This document shows, in pieces, positions 12,639-24,103 of a stretch of DNA of 64,000 nt. Below the pieces are notes generated by a model. It did no database searches. It was not told the DNA's origin and was given only the letters and a program-made list of their open reading frames with translations. Source of the stretch: Kondoa subrosea (taxonomy: Eukaryota); the NCBI GenBank assembly GCA_039545335.1, contig BCIN01000002.1, positions 1,005,118 to 1,069,117 on the forward strand. The letters are read 5' to 3'. The stretch's first letter is position 1; every line of letters starts with the position of its first letter. The position numbers were made by a program, and so were the translations under genes.

Positions 12639-13725
12639 CTAGATATCTACAGATCGACCTTCTGACCTCAGTCTAGCCTGTATAGCGATTGAGCATCAGC
12701 TACATTGCTATATTATGCTACTTAGCCATCTCTTACCTCGAATTTTGCAAACTCGTCTATAGCGATCGATTCCTCCGGTCCAAGAACTTGTTCCACGCTC
12801 TGTAGAGGTATCAGCCGAGTCAGTAATCCACAAATGATCTGCTGACCTTGACTTCCGGGACCTGCAAGTCCTTATTAGCTTTACTCAGAAGATAATGAAG
12901 GCGAATGACTCACATAATGCATCAACATTCTTTCTATCCCATTCTTCAGTGTCACACTAGAAGAACTGCACCCTCTACAGCTTCCCTTCAAGCTCAGTTC
13001 CACTATCCCACTCTCTTCCTTGAACCCTCTGTATTCCAGATCTCCACCATCTTCTTGAATAGCCGGTCTCACTCTGGTATCCAACAACTCTTTGATCATA
13101 CTGACAACCTCGCTATCAGTATCCAAGATCCTAGTATCTTCAGGTTGTTCGTTCTCAGGTCTAGGTTCTCTGAACAAAGAAGCCCCAGAAGTGAAATGTT
13201 CAATTATAGCGGAAAAGATTTCAGGTTTCATAGTAGACCAAGGAGCGTCTGATTCTTTATTGACGGAAACGAAATCCGGACCAAAGAAGACTGAACGAAC
13301 TCCATCAATGTTGAATAAGTTTGTTGCTAGTGGTGAAGGTAAGGCTGAAGTGGCTGTGAGGAATTCATGAGTTGAGGAAGAAACTGCTTGACCTGGTAAG
13401 AACTTGAGTGCGTCCGGGTTGGGTGTGGATTCGGTTTGTACAAAGAGTGCTGATCCAAGCATAAAGTCAATCAGCGAGATCTGATAGTAAGCGGGGATGC
13501 GATGGCAAACGCACTTCTTCGAGATATACGGACGACATTGGAAGGTCCTGCTACTACTGTCCGTTGTAGAGGCTTCCGTGTTGAAGGAGTGGCAAGCGCA
13601 TGAAATGATGCATTGCGCTGAGAAAAGGTGCAAGGCAAGTCTGCAGCAGCTAAGGCTGGCCTACGTGAGGCAGATAACAGTGTCGTGAGTTGCTTGAGAG
13701 CTCTGCGCTGAATAGGTGCTGCCAT
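12639..13725 (-). CDS. NFU1: Mitochondrial NifU-like Fe-S cluster carrier
   Basis: Arg-rich presequence, FVQTESTPNPDALKFLPG, ELLDTRVRPAIQEDGGD, GSCRGC (CxxC), TLKNGIERMLMHY|VPEVK|SVEQV. Confidence 0.95.
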
Positions 13726-13817
13726 GGATGACGGTTCGAAGCAAGAGAGTTAATTCTCGAAGTCGGAGCTTGCCTAGACACGGCCACTCTATACAGGCAA
13801 AATACAGGCTGGAATAG

Positions 13818-14875
13818 ATGTCAAGACTCTACACCAAGCGACTGACGAAAGTAAGCTGCTACTTGCGCGGACGAGAGAGCTTAAGTCTGATGCAACTGTG
13901 TCGAAGGAACTCAAAGATCTACAAGACAAGGACCAGTGTCCAGTAGGAGTGTCACTATTGAAAGCGGATGACTTCAAAGGTGAGTCTAACAACTTCGCTT
14001 TACTTCTCCCGTGCTGAAGTATGTAAACGCATAAAGAATGGACTCTGACGTTGGAAGTACTGGGCGAAAGCGTCTATCCGCAAGGTAAGCTCCTTCTCTT
14101 TTGAGTTGTTCCCTCTGAATCTTTGGCCTGCAGAAGTCTTCTGTCTCCGCTTCAGATTTACAGACAGCTATCCAATAGATTGTCAGTTCCACTCTCGGTC
14201 TTCTTCGATGCAGAAGTTGACTCTCGGGTCGTTCTGACAGCACCGGAAGTGGTCTTTGTGAAAGGAAACAACGAATATCAAATACCAGAACATCCTCGTG
14301 AGTGCTAGTGATCGTCTTGTTGCAAATCTGATTGTATCGATCGCTTGCGTACAGATGTATACAGTAATGGACATATATGGTAAGCCCTTCTAGCTCTTGA
14401 TAGACGTTCGTTGATCGTAGACTCAGTGGTGAGCACCTAGGGAAGTATTCAAACTTGAATATATTCTCATGAAGCGTACTCACAGCCAATATTCTCGCCA
14501 ATGGCTGGAGTCCTGTTCTAGTAAGTCTACATACAGCGATGCCATCTTATTTCGCCGACGAGGGAATACAGAATGTCGCGACTGTATGCATATCGCTACA
14601 AAGCATGTTAGCGAGTTGCAAGAAGAAAGAACGAGTAAGTCTATCTGATCTGCAGGCTCGGAAGCTTACTGATACTTTCTTCCCAGCCGCCGGACAACGA
14701 TCGTTATGTGAAAAGATACCTCTGGATTGTAACAGAGTCAGTGCTGACATTCAGTGAACAGGTCGCCCGAGCGCCCTCGAACTCGAAGAAGACTCGATGG
14801 GAATTGTGCGTAGACTTCCCCTGTCAAAAGGAGATTTGCTTACAGTTCCGATATAGTCACGATGATACAGTTTGA
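13818..14875 (+). CDS. Ubiquitin-conjugating enzyme E2, UBE2W-like (about 11 exons; not represented in ORF track)
   Basis: Spliced MSRLYTKRLTK|ELKDLQ..FRFTDSYPIDS|PEVVF..PEHPH|VYSNGHIC|ANILANGWSPVL|NVATVCISLQSMLAS..PPDNDRY|V..KKTRWEF|HDDTV*. Confidence 0.9.
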
Positions 14876-15574
14876 TCGGACGCGAAGTATGTTGTTTTCG
14901 CGCTTCCTTCGTGCTCACTGACTTTGAGCTGATCATAGGTATACTACCCATGATGAACGAGCTTGAAGTTAAAGATTCCGGGTAAATCGCTGGCGATTGT
15001 TTCACTATGGGAATGTGCATTTCTTATTTCAGGGGACCTTGTTGCTTGTATTACTCTCATCCGCTGTACATCGACACTTTGTACACTCTATCGCTTTTCA
15101 TCACAAATACGTTGGACTCTAGCCAAGACGCGCTTGGTTCGTTCTCGCTCATACAGCGAACCGTTAAAATTCTGGCTTCTCCTGTTTCGATCCCTTGAAG
15201 GCATTGATCTGTCACAGGGAGATCAGCAAAGGACAGCATCAAAGCTCTGTCCTAAAGCGCTCTCTCAACTCCGCCACGCTTACAACGTTTGGTTGCATTT
15301 TTCGCATTTCAATACCTACACGGCTCTTCAGCTGAGCTCCGCGATACCTTAGCAAGTCTCAAGATCCACTCGGAGTTCTCGCAAGCTTCAAAAGACGCGA
15401 TCATCGATTCTTTGCTTATACAGTCACATTTCTCCTGCCCTTAGCTTCAAAACGGAGCTTCGACCTTGCTCTCTTTCCTATTAACGACCAACATTAGAAT
15501 TTAAGCAGCCAAGACCCTGTAGTAGAGGTTCCGATATTCCTAATAACGATATAAATACAAAGGGTTGAGTTTAA

Positions 15575-18500
15575 ATGGCTTCTCACCCTCAAAGACCGTT
15601 TGCCGGTCAAAATCAGCCAAGTTACGCTCATACACCTCAAGGTGAACCTAACAATATGTTTGGCAACGATGATTATGAGGATCGAAGGGATACATACACT
15701 TCTGAAGGCAGCTATGACCGTGCGTTTGGATCTGCTATTTGATGCGTAGACGTGTCTGATCGCATCTATCATTGTACAGATGGTAAAGAAACAGATGGTA
15801 TGCTTGTCCAGCCGTCAGTTAAAGTGGTAGCTGATCAAGACACAGGTTTCCGTCCTTCTGGCTCTTCTACACCTTCTTACCCAAACGATGGCTTTGCAGC
15901 TCCTTTCTCCCGCTTACGTGAACCTTACCCAGCTTGGTCAGCGGATGCGCAAATTCCTCTTTCAAAAGAAGAAATTGAAGACATTTTCGTTGATTTAGCC
16001 AACAAGTTTGGTTTCCAGCGCGATTCCATGAGAAACATGTACGATCATTTGATGATTCAACTCGATTCTCGAGCTTCTCGTATGCCACCTTCTCAAGCTT
16101 TACTTACTTTGCATGCCGATTATATTGGTGGCGAACATGCCAATTATCGAAAATGGTATTTCGCTGCTCAATTGGATTTGGACGATGCGATTGGTTCTGC
16201 TCAGACTGCTGGACCTGCTACTCGTTTAGCTAGAAGAGCAACTCGAAGCAAGAAAGGTGCAAACCCAACTGGAGAACCAAAGAAGTTGGAATCCGCTGCT
16301 TCAAGATGGAGACAAGCAATGGCAAACATGTCACCTTACGATCAATTGAGACAAATTGCTCTTTACTTGCTTTGTTGGGGTGAAGCTGCTCAAGTTAGGT
16401 TCACACCGGAATGTCTGTGCTTCATTTTCAAATGCGCAGACGATTACTATCGATCACCCGAATGTCAAGCTAGAGTAGATCCAGTACCGGAAGGTCTTTA
16501 TCTAAGAGCAGTGGTCAGACCTTTGTATCGCTTCTTGAGGGATCAAGGGTATGAGATTCAGGAAGGTATTTTCGTCAAGAGGGAAAGGGATCACGAGAAA
16601 ATCATCGGTTACGATGATGTCAATCAATTGTTCGGGCTTTCTAGGTCGAGCATGTATCCAAGTGCTGACTGTCTGGCAGATTCTGGTATCCTGAAGGCAT
16701 CAACAGAATTGTTCTCAATGATAAGGTGCGAAAGATTCCTGATAATCAGCATACCGTTGATATCCTCGATGTCCTTGTACAGACACGATTAGTAGACGTT
16801 CCACCAGCGCAACGATTCATGAAATTTGACAAGATTGAATGGCACAAGGCTTTCTTCAAGACTTACTACGAGAGACGTTCTTTCCTCCATCTTCTGGTCA
16901 ACTTCAACAGAATCTGGGTTGTTCACGTTTCTCTCTTCTGGGTAAGCTTTCTTTCATAGCCATTTTCCTGTTCGCTTATGCACATGCTTGTAGTTCTATA
17001 CTGCATACAACGTTCCTGCCATCTACACTTTGCCGAATCAGCGAGTTCCGGCTGCCGCAACGCAATGGTCTGCTATTGCTCTAGGAGGCGCCGTCGCTAC
17101 ACTAATCATGATCGCTGCAACAATTGCCGAATTTTCGTACGTTCCGACTACTTGGAACAACACATCGCATCTCGCTCGTCGTTTGGTCTTCCTCACTTTC
17201 ATGCTTGCACTCACTGCTGGTCCTTCTGTCTATATCTTCTTCATTGCAAACCCAACACCTGATGGCGATAGACGCCCCGGAGTCAATATCCCTCAAATCA
17301 TCGGTATCGTTCAATTTGCTATTTCAGTCTTGGCAACAGCGTTATTCAGTATCGTTCCTTCTGGTCGAATGTTCGGCGATCGAGTAGCAGGCAAAGCTCG
17401 CAAATACTTGGCATCACAAACTTTCACTGCTGCTTACCCAGTTTTGGATGGTGGTGCTCGAGCAGCTTCAATCGGTTTATGGATGCTCATCTTCGCTTGC
17501 AAGTTTGTCGAATCCTATTTCTTCTTGACGCTTTCGTTCGAAAATCCAGTCCGCGCAATGGTAGGCATGAGAATACAAAACTGTAACGACATGCTATTCG
17601 GAAGCAGTCTGTGCACCTACCACGCCAACTTTACCCTGGCGATGATGTTGTACGTCCGAAGAGTCTCTTGCCGTTTATGTTGTGCTCATCCGATGTTTGA
17701 AGCTGTATGGATCTCTCCTTATTCTTCCTCGATACATTCCTTTGGTATGTCATCTGGAATGTGCGTGCTTTTTCCCTTTCGGCGTAGCAATTGGCTGAAT
17801 AATAACGCAACTTTCCAGACGGTCATGTCCATTGCAAGGTAAGCTTAGCCCAACACTTAGGATCATTGCAAGTATGCTAAACTTGTATCTTCAGATCCTT
17901 CGCTCTCGGTCTATCTATCTGGACTCCATGGAGAGACATCTTTGCTCGTCTGCCAAAGCGAATCTACGCCAAATTACTCGCAACCTCGGAAATGGAAGTC
18001 AAGTACAAGCCCAAGGTACTGGTTTCTCAAGTTTGGAATGCCATCATCATCTCGATGTACAGAGAACATTTGGTAAGTCTTGGCCTTGTGTTGATGTGGT
18101 CCGCAAACTGATCTCTGACCTTCAATTTGGAGCTTTCCATTGATCACGTCCAACGTCTTCTTTACCATCAAGTACCATCCGAAAACGACGGTAAGCGAAC
18201 GTTACGAGCACCGGTCTTTTTCTTGTCGCAAGATCAAAAGAGTCTCAAGACTGAATTCTTCCCGCCTGGTTCGGAAGCCGAGCGTCGTGTGTCATTCTTT
18301 GCTCAATCCCTGACTACTCCTATCCCGGAACCTTTGCCTGTTGACGCCATGCCTACCTTCACTGTCCTCACACCTCATTACTCTGAGAAGATCCTACTAT
18401 CGCTTAGAGAAATTATTAGGGAAGAAGATCAGAACACTCGTGTCACGCTTTTGGAATATCTCAAACAATTGCATCCGATCGAGTGGGCCAACTTCGTGCG

Positions 18501-21500
18501 AGACACCAAGATCTTGGCTGAAGAATCAGCTGTTTTCCCAACTTATCCATTTGGTGGTCAAGGCAGTGATGAAAAGGCAGAATCCAAAGCTAAAGTAGAT
18601 GATATTCCTTTCTATACTATCGGTTTCAAGAGCGCTGCACCTGAATACACTTTGCGAACCCGTATCTGGGCTTCCCTTCGTGCTCAAACTCTGTACAGAA
18701 CGGTCTCTGGTTTCATGAACTATTCGAAAGCAATCAAGCTCATGTATAGAGTCGAAAACCCTGAAGTGGTGCAAATGTTTGGCGGCAACACAGAACACCT
18801 TGAACGGGAATTGGAACGCATGGCTCGTCGCAAATTCCGCTTTGTCATCTCCATGCAACGGTACTTCAAGTTCAGCAAGGAAGAAATCGAAAATACCGAA
18901 TTCCTTCTTCGCGCTTACCCCGATTTGTCTATCGCTTACCTCGATGAGGAACGACCTCGCAAAGAAGGTGGTGAACCAAGAATCTTCTCTGCTCTCATTG
19001 ACGGCCACTCTGAAATCTTGCCTGATGGACGTCGTCGACCCAAATTCAGAATTGAATTGCCTGGTAATCCGATTTTAGGTGACGGAAAGTCTGACAACCA
19101 GAATCATGCTATCGTCTTTTACCGTGGTGAATACTTGCAGCTGATCGATGCCAATCAAGATAATGTGAGTGCCATGTTCTTGATCAACGTAAACTCTCTG
19201 ACTCGTATTCAAGTATTTGGAAGAATGCTTGAAGATCCGTAATGTGCTTGGCGAATTTGAAGACTATCATGTGTCAAACCAGTCGCCGTACTCCAATAGT
19301 GGAAAGGTCGATTTCTCTCGTCATCCAGTTGCTATCGTTGGTGCTAGAGAATACATTTTCTCTGAGAACATTGGTATGCTCGGTGATGTCGCTGCTGGTA
19401 AAGAACAAACATTCGGTACTCTCCTCGCTCGTTCACTGAGCGCAATTGGCGGCAAGCTCCATTACGGTCATCCGGATTTCCTCAATGCCATTTTCATGAC
19501 TACTCGAGGTGGTGTATCTAAAGCTCAAAAGGGTCTGCATTTGAACGAAGATATCTACGCCGGTATGACTGCTTTCGGAAGAGGTGGTCGTATCAAGCAC
19601 ACCGAATATTATCAATGCGGAAAGGTATGCTATTTTCCACTGTAGGAGGTAGAAACTGATCAATCGCACAGGGTCGTGATCTGGGTTTCGGCACTATTCT
19701 GAATTTCCAGACGAAGATCGGTACCGGTATGGGTGAGCAAATGCTTTCTCGTGAATACTACTACCTTGGCACGCAACTACCTATGGATCGCTTCTTGACT
19801 TTCTACTATGGTGTACGTGTCGCGCATCCGATACTGCTTGTCACTGACAGAGGGTGTAGCATCCTGGTTTCCACATCAACAACATTCTGGTTATATTCTC
19901 TGTCCGGCTTTTCATCTTCACGATGGTGTTCTTAGGCAAGCTTTGTTCTTGAATCATCTGCGAGTGCCGCTAATGTCAACCCTTTTTCCAGGTACATTGA
20001 ACAGTCAAGTGGAAGTCTGCCAATACGATTCTGCGGGCAATTACCTAGGCATTCCTCCCGGTTGCTACAATTTGAGTAAGTCAGCTTGCTGCGTTCAAGA
20101 CAGTGACTTATGCTCTTCAGTTCCGGTCTATGATTGGATAAAGCGATGCATCATTTCGGTGTTCATCGTGTTCTTTATAGCGTTCCTGCCTTTAGTCAGT
20201 GAACGCTACAGAAAGAACCTGTAAGATGCTAATGACTTGCAATAGTTCTTGCAAGAGCTGACAGAACGAGGTGTTGGCCGAGCCATCATCCGATTATCGA
20301 AACACTTTTTATCGCTGTCACCTATCTTCGAAGTCTTTTCCACGCAAGTCCAGTCAAATTCCATATTGAGCAATTTGACATTCGGTGGAGCTCGCTACAT
20401 CGCTACTGGTCGTGGTTTCGCTACCACCCGCATCTCCTTCGCCATTCTGTATTCTCGATTCGCTGGACCAAGTATCTACATGGGCATGCGAACGCTATTG
20501 CTGCTGCTTTACGTGACAATGACACTCTGGTGAGTACGCCCTTAGTTTTTAGCTAGACTTGCTGACCTGAGGGCAGGATTCCGCATCTGATCTACTTCTG
20601 GGTCTCCATCTTGTCGCTCTGTCTTTCGCCCTTCATCTTCAATCCGCATCAGTTCTCCTTCGGAGACTGTGAGTAGACCCTATTCTGTGCCTTCTCTGCA
20701 GCTGATGAATTGGTTGTAGTCATCATTGATTATCGTGAAACACTGCGATGGCTGTCAAGAGGTAATTCTCGAACACATGCAAATTCTTGGATTGGCTACT
20801 GTCGGTTGTCGAGAACAAGGATCACTGGTTACAAGAAGAAGAAGCTTGGTCATCCTTCAGAAAAGCTTTCGACAGATGTACCTCGCGCAAATTGGCGAGT
20901 TATCGTCTTCTCTGAATTGATTGCTCCACTCGCCATGGCTGTGTGCTTTGTGATCGCATACCTCTTCGTCAAGTCTTTCAGCAATCCACAAGTTAATGGT
21001 CTGCTTCGAATTGCTGTCATCTCCCTTGGCCCAGTCGTTTTCAACATGGTTATCCTGATCGCCCTCTTCTTCGTCTCTCTTCTCTTCGGTCCAGCTCTAT
21101 CTTCCTGCTGCCCAAGACTGGCNACAGCTATCGCAGCAATAGCGCACACTTTTGCCGTTCTTGGCTTAATTGCGTTCTTCGAATTCCTTTGGTTCTTGGA
21201 AGGCTGGAACANTTCGCATGCAGTNTTGGGAATGATTGCTGTCATGTCAATTCAGCGCTGTATCTTCAAGCTGTTNATCGCAGTCTTCCTATCAAGAGAA
21301 TACAAGAATGACTTGTGNGTTCACGAAACTAGTCAAGTTGAGANTAAAAGCTAATACTGTACTATCAGGGTTAACAAAGCCTGGTGGAGTGGTAAATGGA
21401 GCGGCACTGGAATGGNAGCTTCAGCTTGGTCGCAACCCTTCCGTGAATTTATTGTCAAGATCGTTGAGGTAAGCTCAAGATTCTCGAAGAACATTTCAGT

Positions 21501-21885
21501 CTATTGATACTGTCTGACTAGACGTCATTGTTCTCGATGGATTTCTTGATCATTCACTTCCTAAAGTTCATGCTTACCCCACCACTTTTAATTCCTTACT
21601 TCGATCGCCTCCATTCAACAATGCTCTTTTGGTTGCGACCGAGTAGACAGGCGAGTCTCTCCCTCTTCTCAAAGCAAAGCTAGATCATGCAGCTAATCTG
21701 CAAATTGATAGATTCGCCCTCCAGTTTTCTCTCAGAAGCAGAATGCAACACGGAGGAAGATCATCGTCAANTATTCAGCACTTTATCTTATCACTCTGGC
21801 TTTCTTCGCTGCCCTCATAGTCCTGCCGGTGGTCTTCAGGCGTAATATCGATGACGCAAGCAAAACTTTTGATATAGGCATCTAG
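15575..21885 (+). CDS. FKS1: 1,3-beta-glucan synthase catalytic subunit
   Basis: [93 protein letters not shown]; many introns. Confidence 0.98.
20962..21805 (+). repeat. Direct repeat copy 1 (844 bp, within FKS1 3' region)
   Basis: Near-identical to 23187-24030 at constant offset 2225; n bases fall at mostly the same positions. Confidence 0.95.
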
Positions 21886-22031
21886 ATGAAGGGAATTGTC
21901 GACATGGACGTTAGTTCTCAATAATCACTTAGCAATTGTATCTCTGCATTCAATCTTTCAATTAACTTGACTTGTCTCCAATCACTTGAGAAACTTGGCT
22001 TACTTAAGCAGCTTGATCTTGGTCTATACTT

Positions 22032-23146
22032 ATGATGGATGTGGCTTGTGCTCTGGAGCCTGTCTGCATACCTCATGAAGTCAGTGAGAGCCTCCTAGCT
22101 GGCTTTCAGGTCCGTTGCGTCGGCGACTCATCTATTGTCTTCCGATCTTTCATTCCTTTCTTAATTCCTGATCTCTTTCCTTTTGATAGTACTGTCCGAC
22201 CTACGTCTTACCCGATAGTGTAGAGGAAGAGATTGTCGAAGGTTCTGGCTGCGATTGCTCGCTCCCTTGCCTCAGTGACTGCGCTTGTATAGAGCAATTC
22301 GGTGCGTTCTAACGAAAGCAAAGTTGTGCAGCTGCTCAGATGTAATTCAGGTCTCTTCTACAAGGGATCGACACTATTGCTAGATGCGCTTCCCCCGACG
22401 CATGCACTCTATGAGTGTGGGCCGGCCTGCTGTTGCTGTACTTTTTGCCCTTCTCGAGTAGCGCAAGGAGGGGTCAAGTGAGCAATTCTTGACATGACAT
22501 CGCTACTCGTCTCATGATCGTTTCGAGATGTAAACTCTTGCTCAAGCAAACAAGTCGCAAAGGGTTAGGTCTCTTCGCTAGAGAAAATCTCGAAATTGGA
22601 CGCTTTGTCTGCCTCTATGCTGGCGGTGAGCCTACTTTCGCTTCCACGCTATGTATCTTATACCTCTGCAGAATACATCACCTCGAAAACAGCTCGTCAG
22701 CGTTGGGCTTCTCGAGCTGGAAAAGACAATTACGTGCTGGTGTTGAACGAATACATGTCGGATGGCCAAGGATTGAAGACCATCATAGAGTCAGTCAATA
22801 TCTTCATATCCTCATCACCACCTCATTTCTACCAGTCCAACTACGACAGGCAATATAGGTCGCTTTATCAACCATTCATGCGATCCAAATTTGTCCATCT
22901 TGCCTGTGAGAAAATCAGGTAGTCTTCTGCCGATGGCTGCGTAAGTCTCAAGTTCGTTTCTGCGACCTGCTTGACATTTGTTCAAGCCTTTTCGTCCGCC
23001 GAGCCATTGACGAGCTAGAAGAGTTGACATTTGACTATGGGAACGCAAGTAACGCTGAAGCAAGCGCGATTGCTTTGGGATCAACTCCGTGTTCGTGCGG
23101 CTCTGTAAAGTGTCGCGGCTTCTTGCCATACGAATGCAGTCTGTAG
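22032..23146 (+). CDS. Pre-SET/SET/post-SET histone lysine methyltransferase (SETMAR/Suv39-like, no chromodomain seen)
   Basis: GCDC..C..C.C pre-SET, YECGPAC..C..RVAQ, KGLGLFA, GNIGRFINHSCDPN, ELTFDYG, post-SET CSCGSVKCRGFL. Confidence 0.9.
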
Positions 23147-23186
23147 TATTGATGCAGGGGATAACACAACATGGTGAATATGTTAT

Positions 23187-24030
23187 CTCTTCGTCAAGTC
23201 TTTCAGCAACCCACAAGTCAATGGTCTGCTTCGAATTGCTGTCATCTCCCTTGGCCCAGTCGTTTTCAACATGGTTATCCTGATCGCCCTCTTCTTCGTC
23301 TCTCTTCTCTTCGGTCCAGCTCTATCTTCCTGCTGCCCAAGACTGGCNACAGCTATCGCAGCAATAGCGCACACTTTTGCCGTTCTTGGCTTAATTGCGT
23401 TCTTCGAATTCCTTTGGTTCTTGGAAGGCTGGAACANTTCGCATGCAGTNTTGGGAATGATTGCTGTCATGTCAATTCAGCGCTGTATCTTCAAGCTGTT
23501 NATCGCAGTCTTCCTATCAAGAGAATACAAGAATGACTTGTGNGTTCACGAAACTAGTCAAGTTGAGATTAAAAGCTAATACTGTACTATCAGGGTTAAC
23601 AAAGCCTGGTGGAGTGGTAAATGGAGCGGCACTGGAATGGNAGCTTCAGCTTGGTCGCAACCCTTCCGTGAATTTATTGTCAAGATCGTTGAGGTAAGCT
23701 CAAGATTCTCGAAGAGTATTTCAGTCTATTGATACTGTCTGACTAGACGTCATTGTTCTCGATGGATTTCTTGATCATTCACTTCCTAAAGTTCATGCTT
23801 ACCCCACCACTTTTAATTCCTTACTTCGATCGCCTCCATTCAACAATGCTCTTTTGGTTGCGACCGAGTAGACAGGCGAGTCTCTCCCTCTTCTCAAAGC
23901 AAAGCTAGATCATGCAGCTAATCTGCAAATTGATAGATTCGCCCTCCAGTTTTCTCTCAGAAGCAGAATGCAACACGGAGGAAGATCATCGTCAAATATT
24001 CAGCACTATATCTTATCACTCTGGCTTTCT
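23187..24030 (+). pseudogene. Partial duplicate of FKS1 3' region, introns retained, no start and no original stop
   Basis: 844-bp copy of 20962-21805 with a few substitutions (agcaatcc/agcaaccc, aagaacat/aagagtat). Confidence 0.85.
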
Positions 24031-24103
24031 GTATTAATGCAGGGGATATTATAACACGGTAAATATGATACAAGAACAAGCACGAATGTACATTACCACC
24101 TTA

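Noticed and set aside
13986..14501. 171-aa minus-strand ORF
   Set aside because: Antisense to the spliced E2 gene; no recognisable motifs
22032..23146. SETMAR-type SET-transposase fusion or transposon
   Set aside because: Stop follows the post-SET domain; no mariner transposase or terminal inverted repeats seen
23187..24030. Retrocopy or functional second FKS gene
   Set aside because: Introns retained, no poly(A), and no start codon or catalytic region
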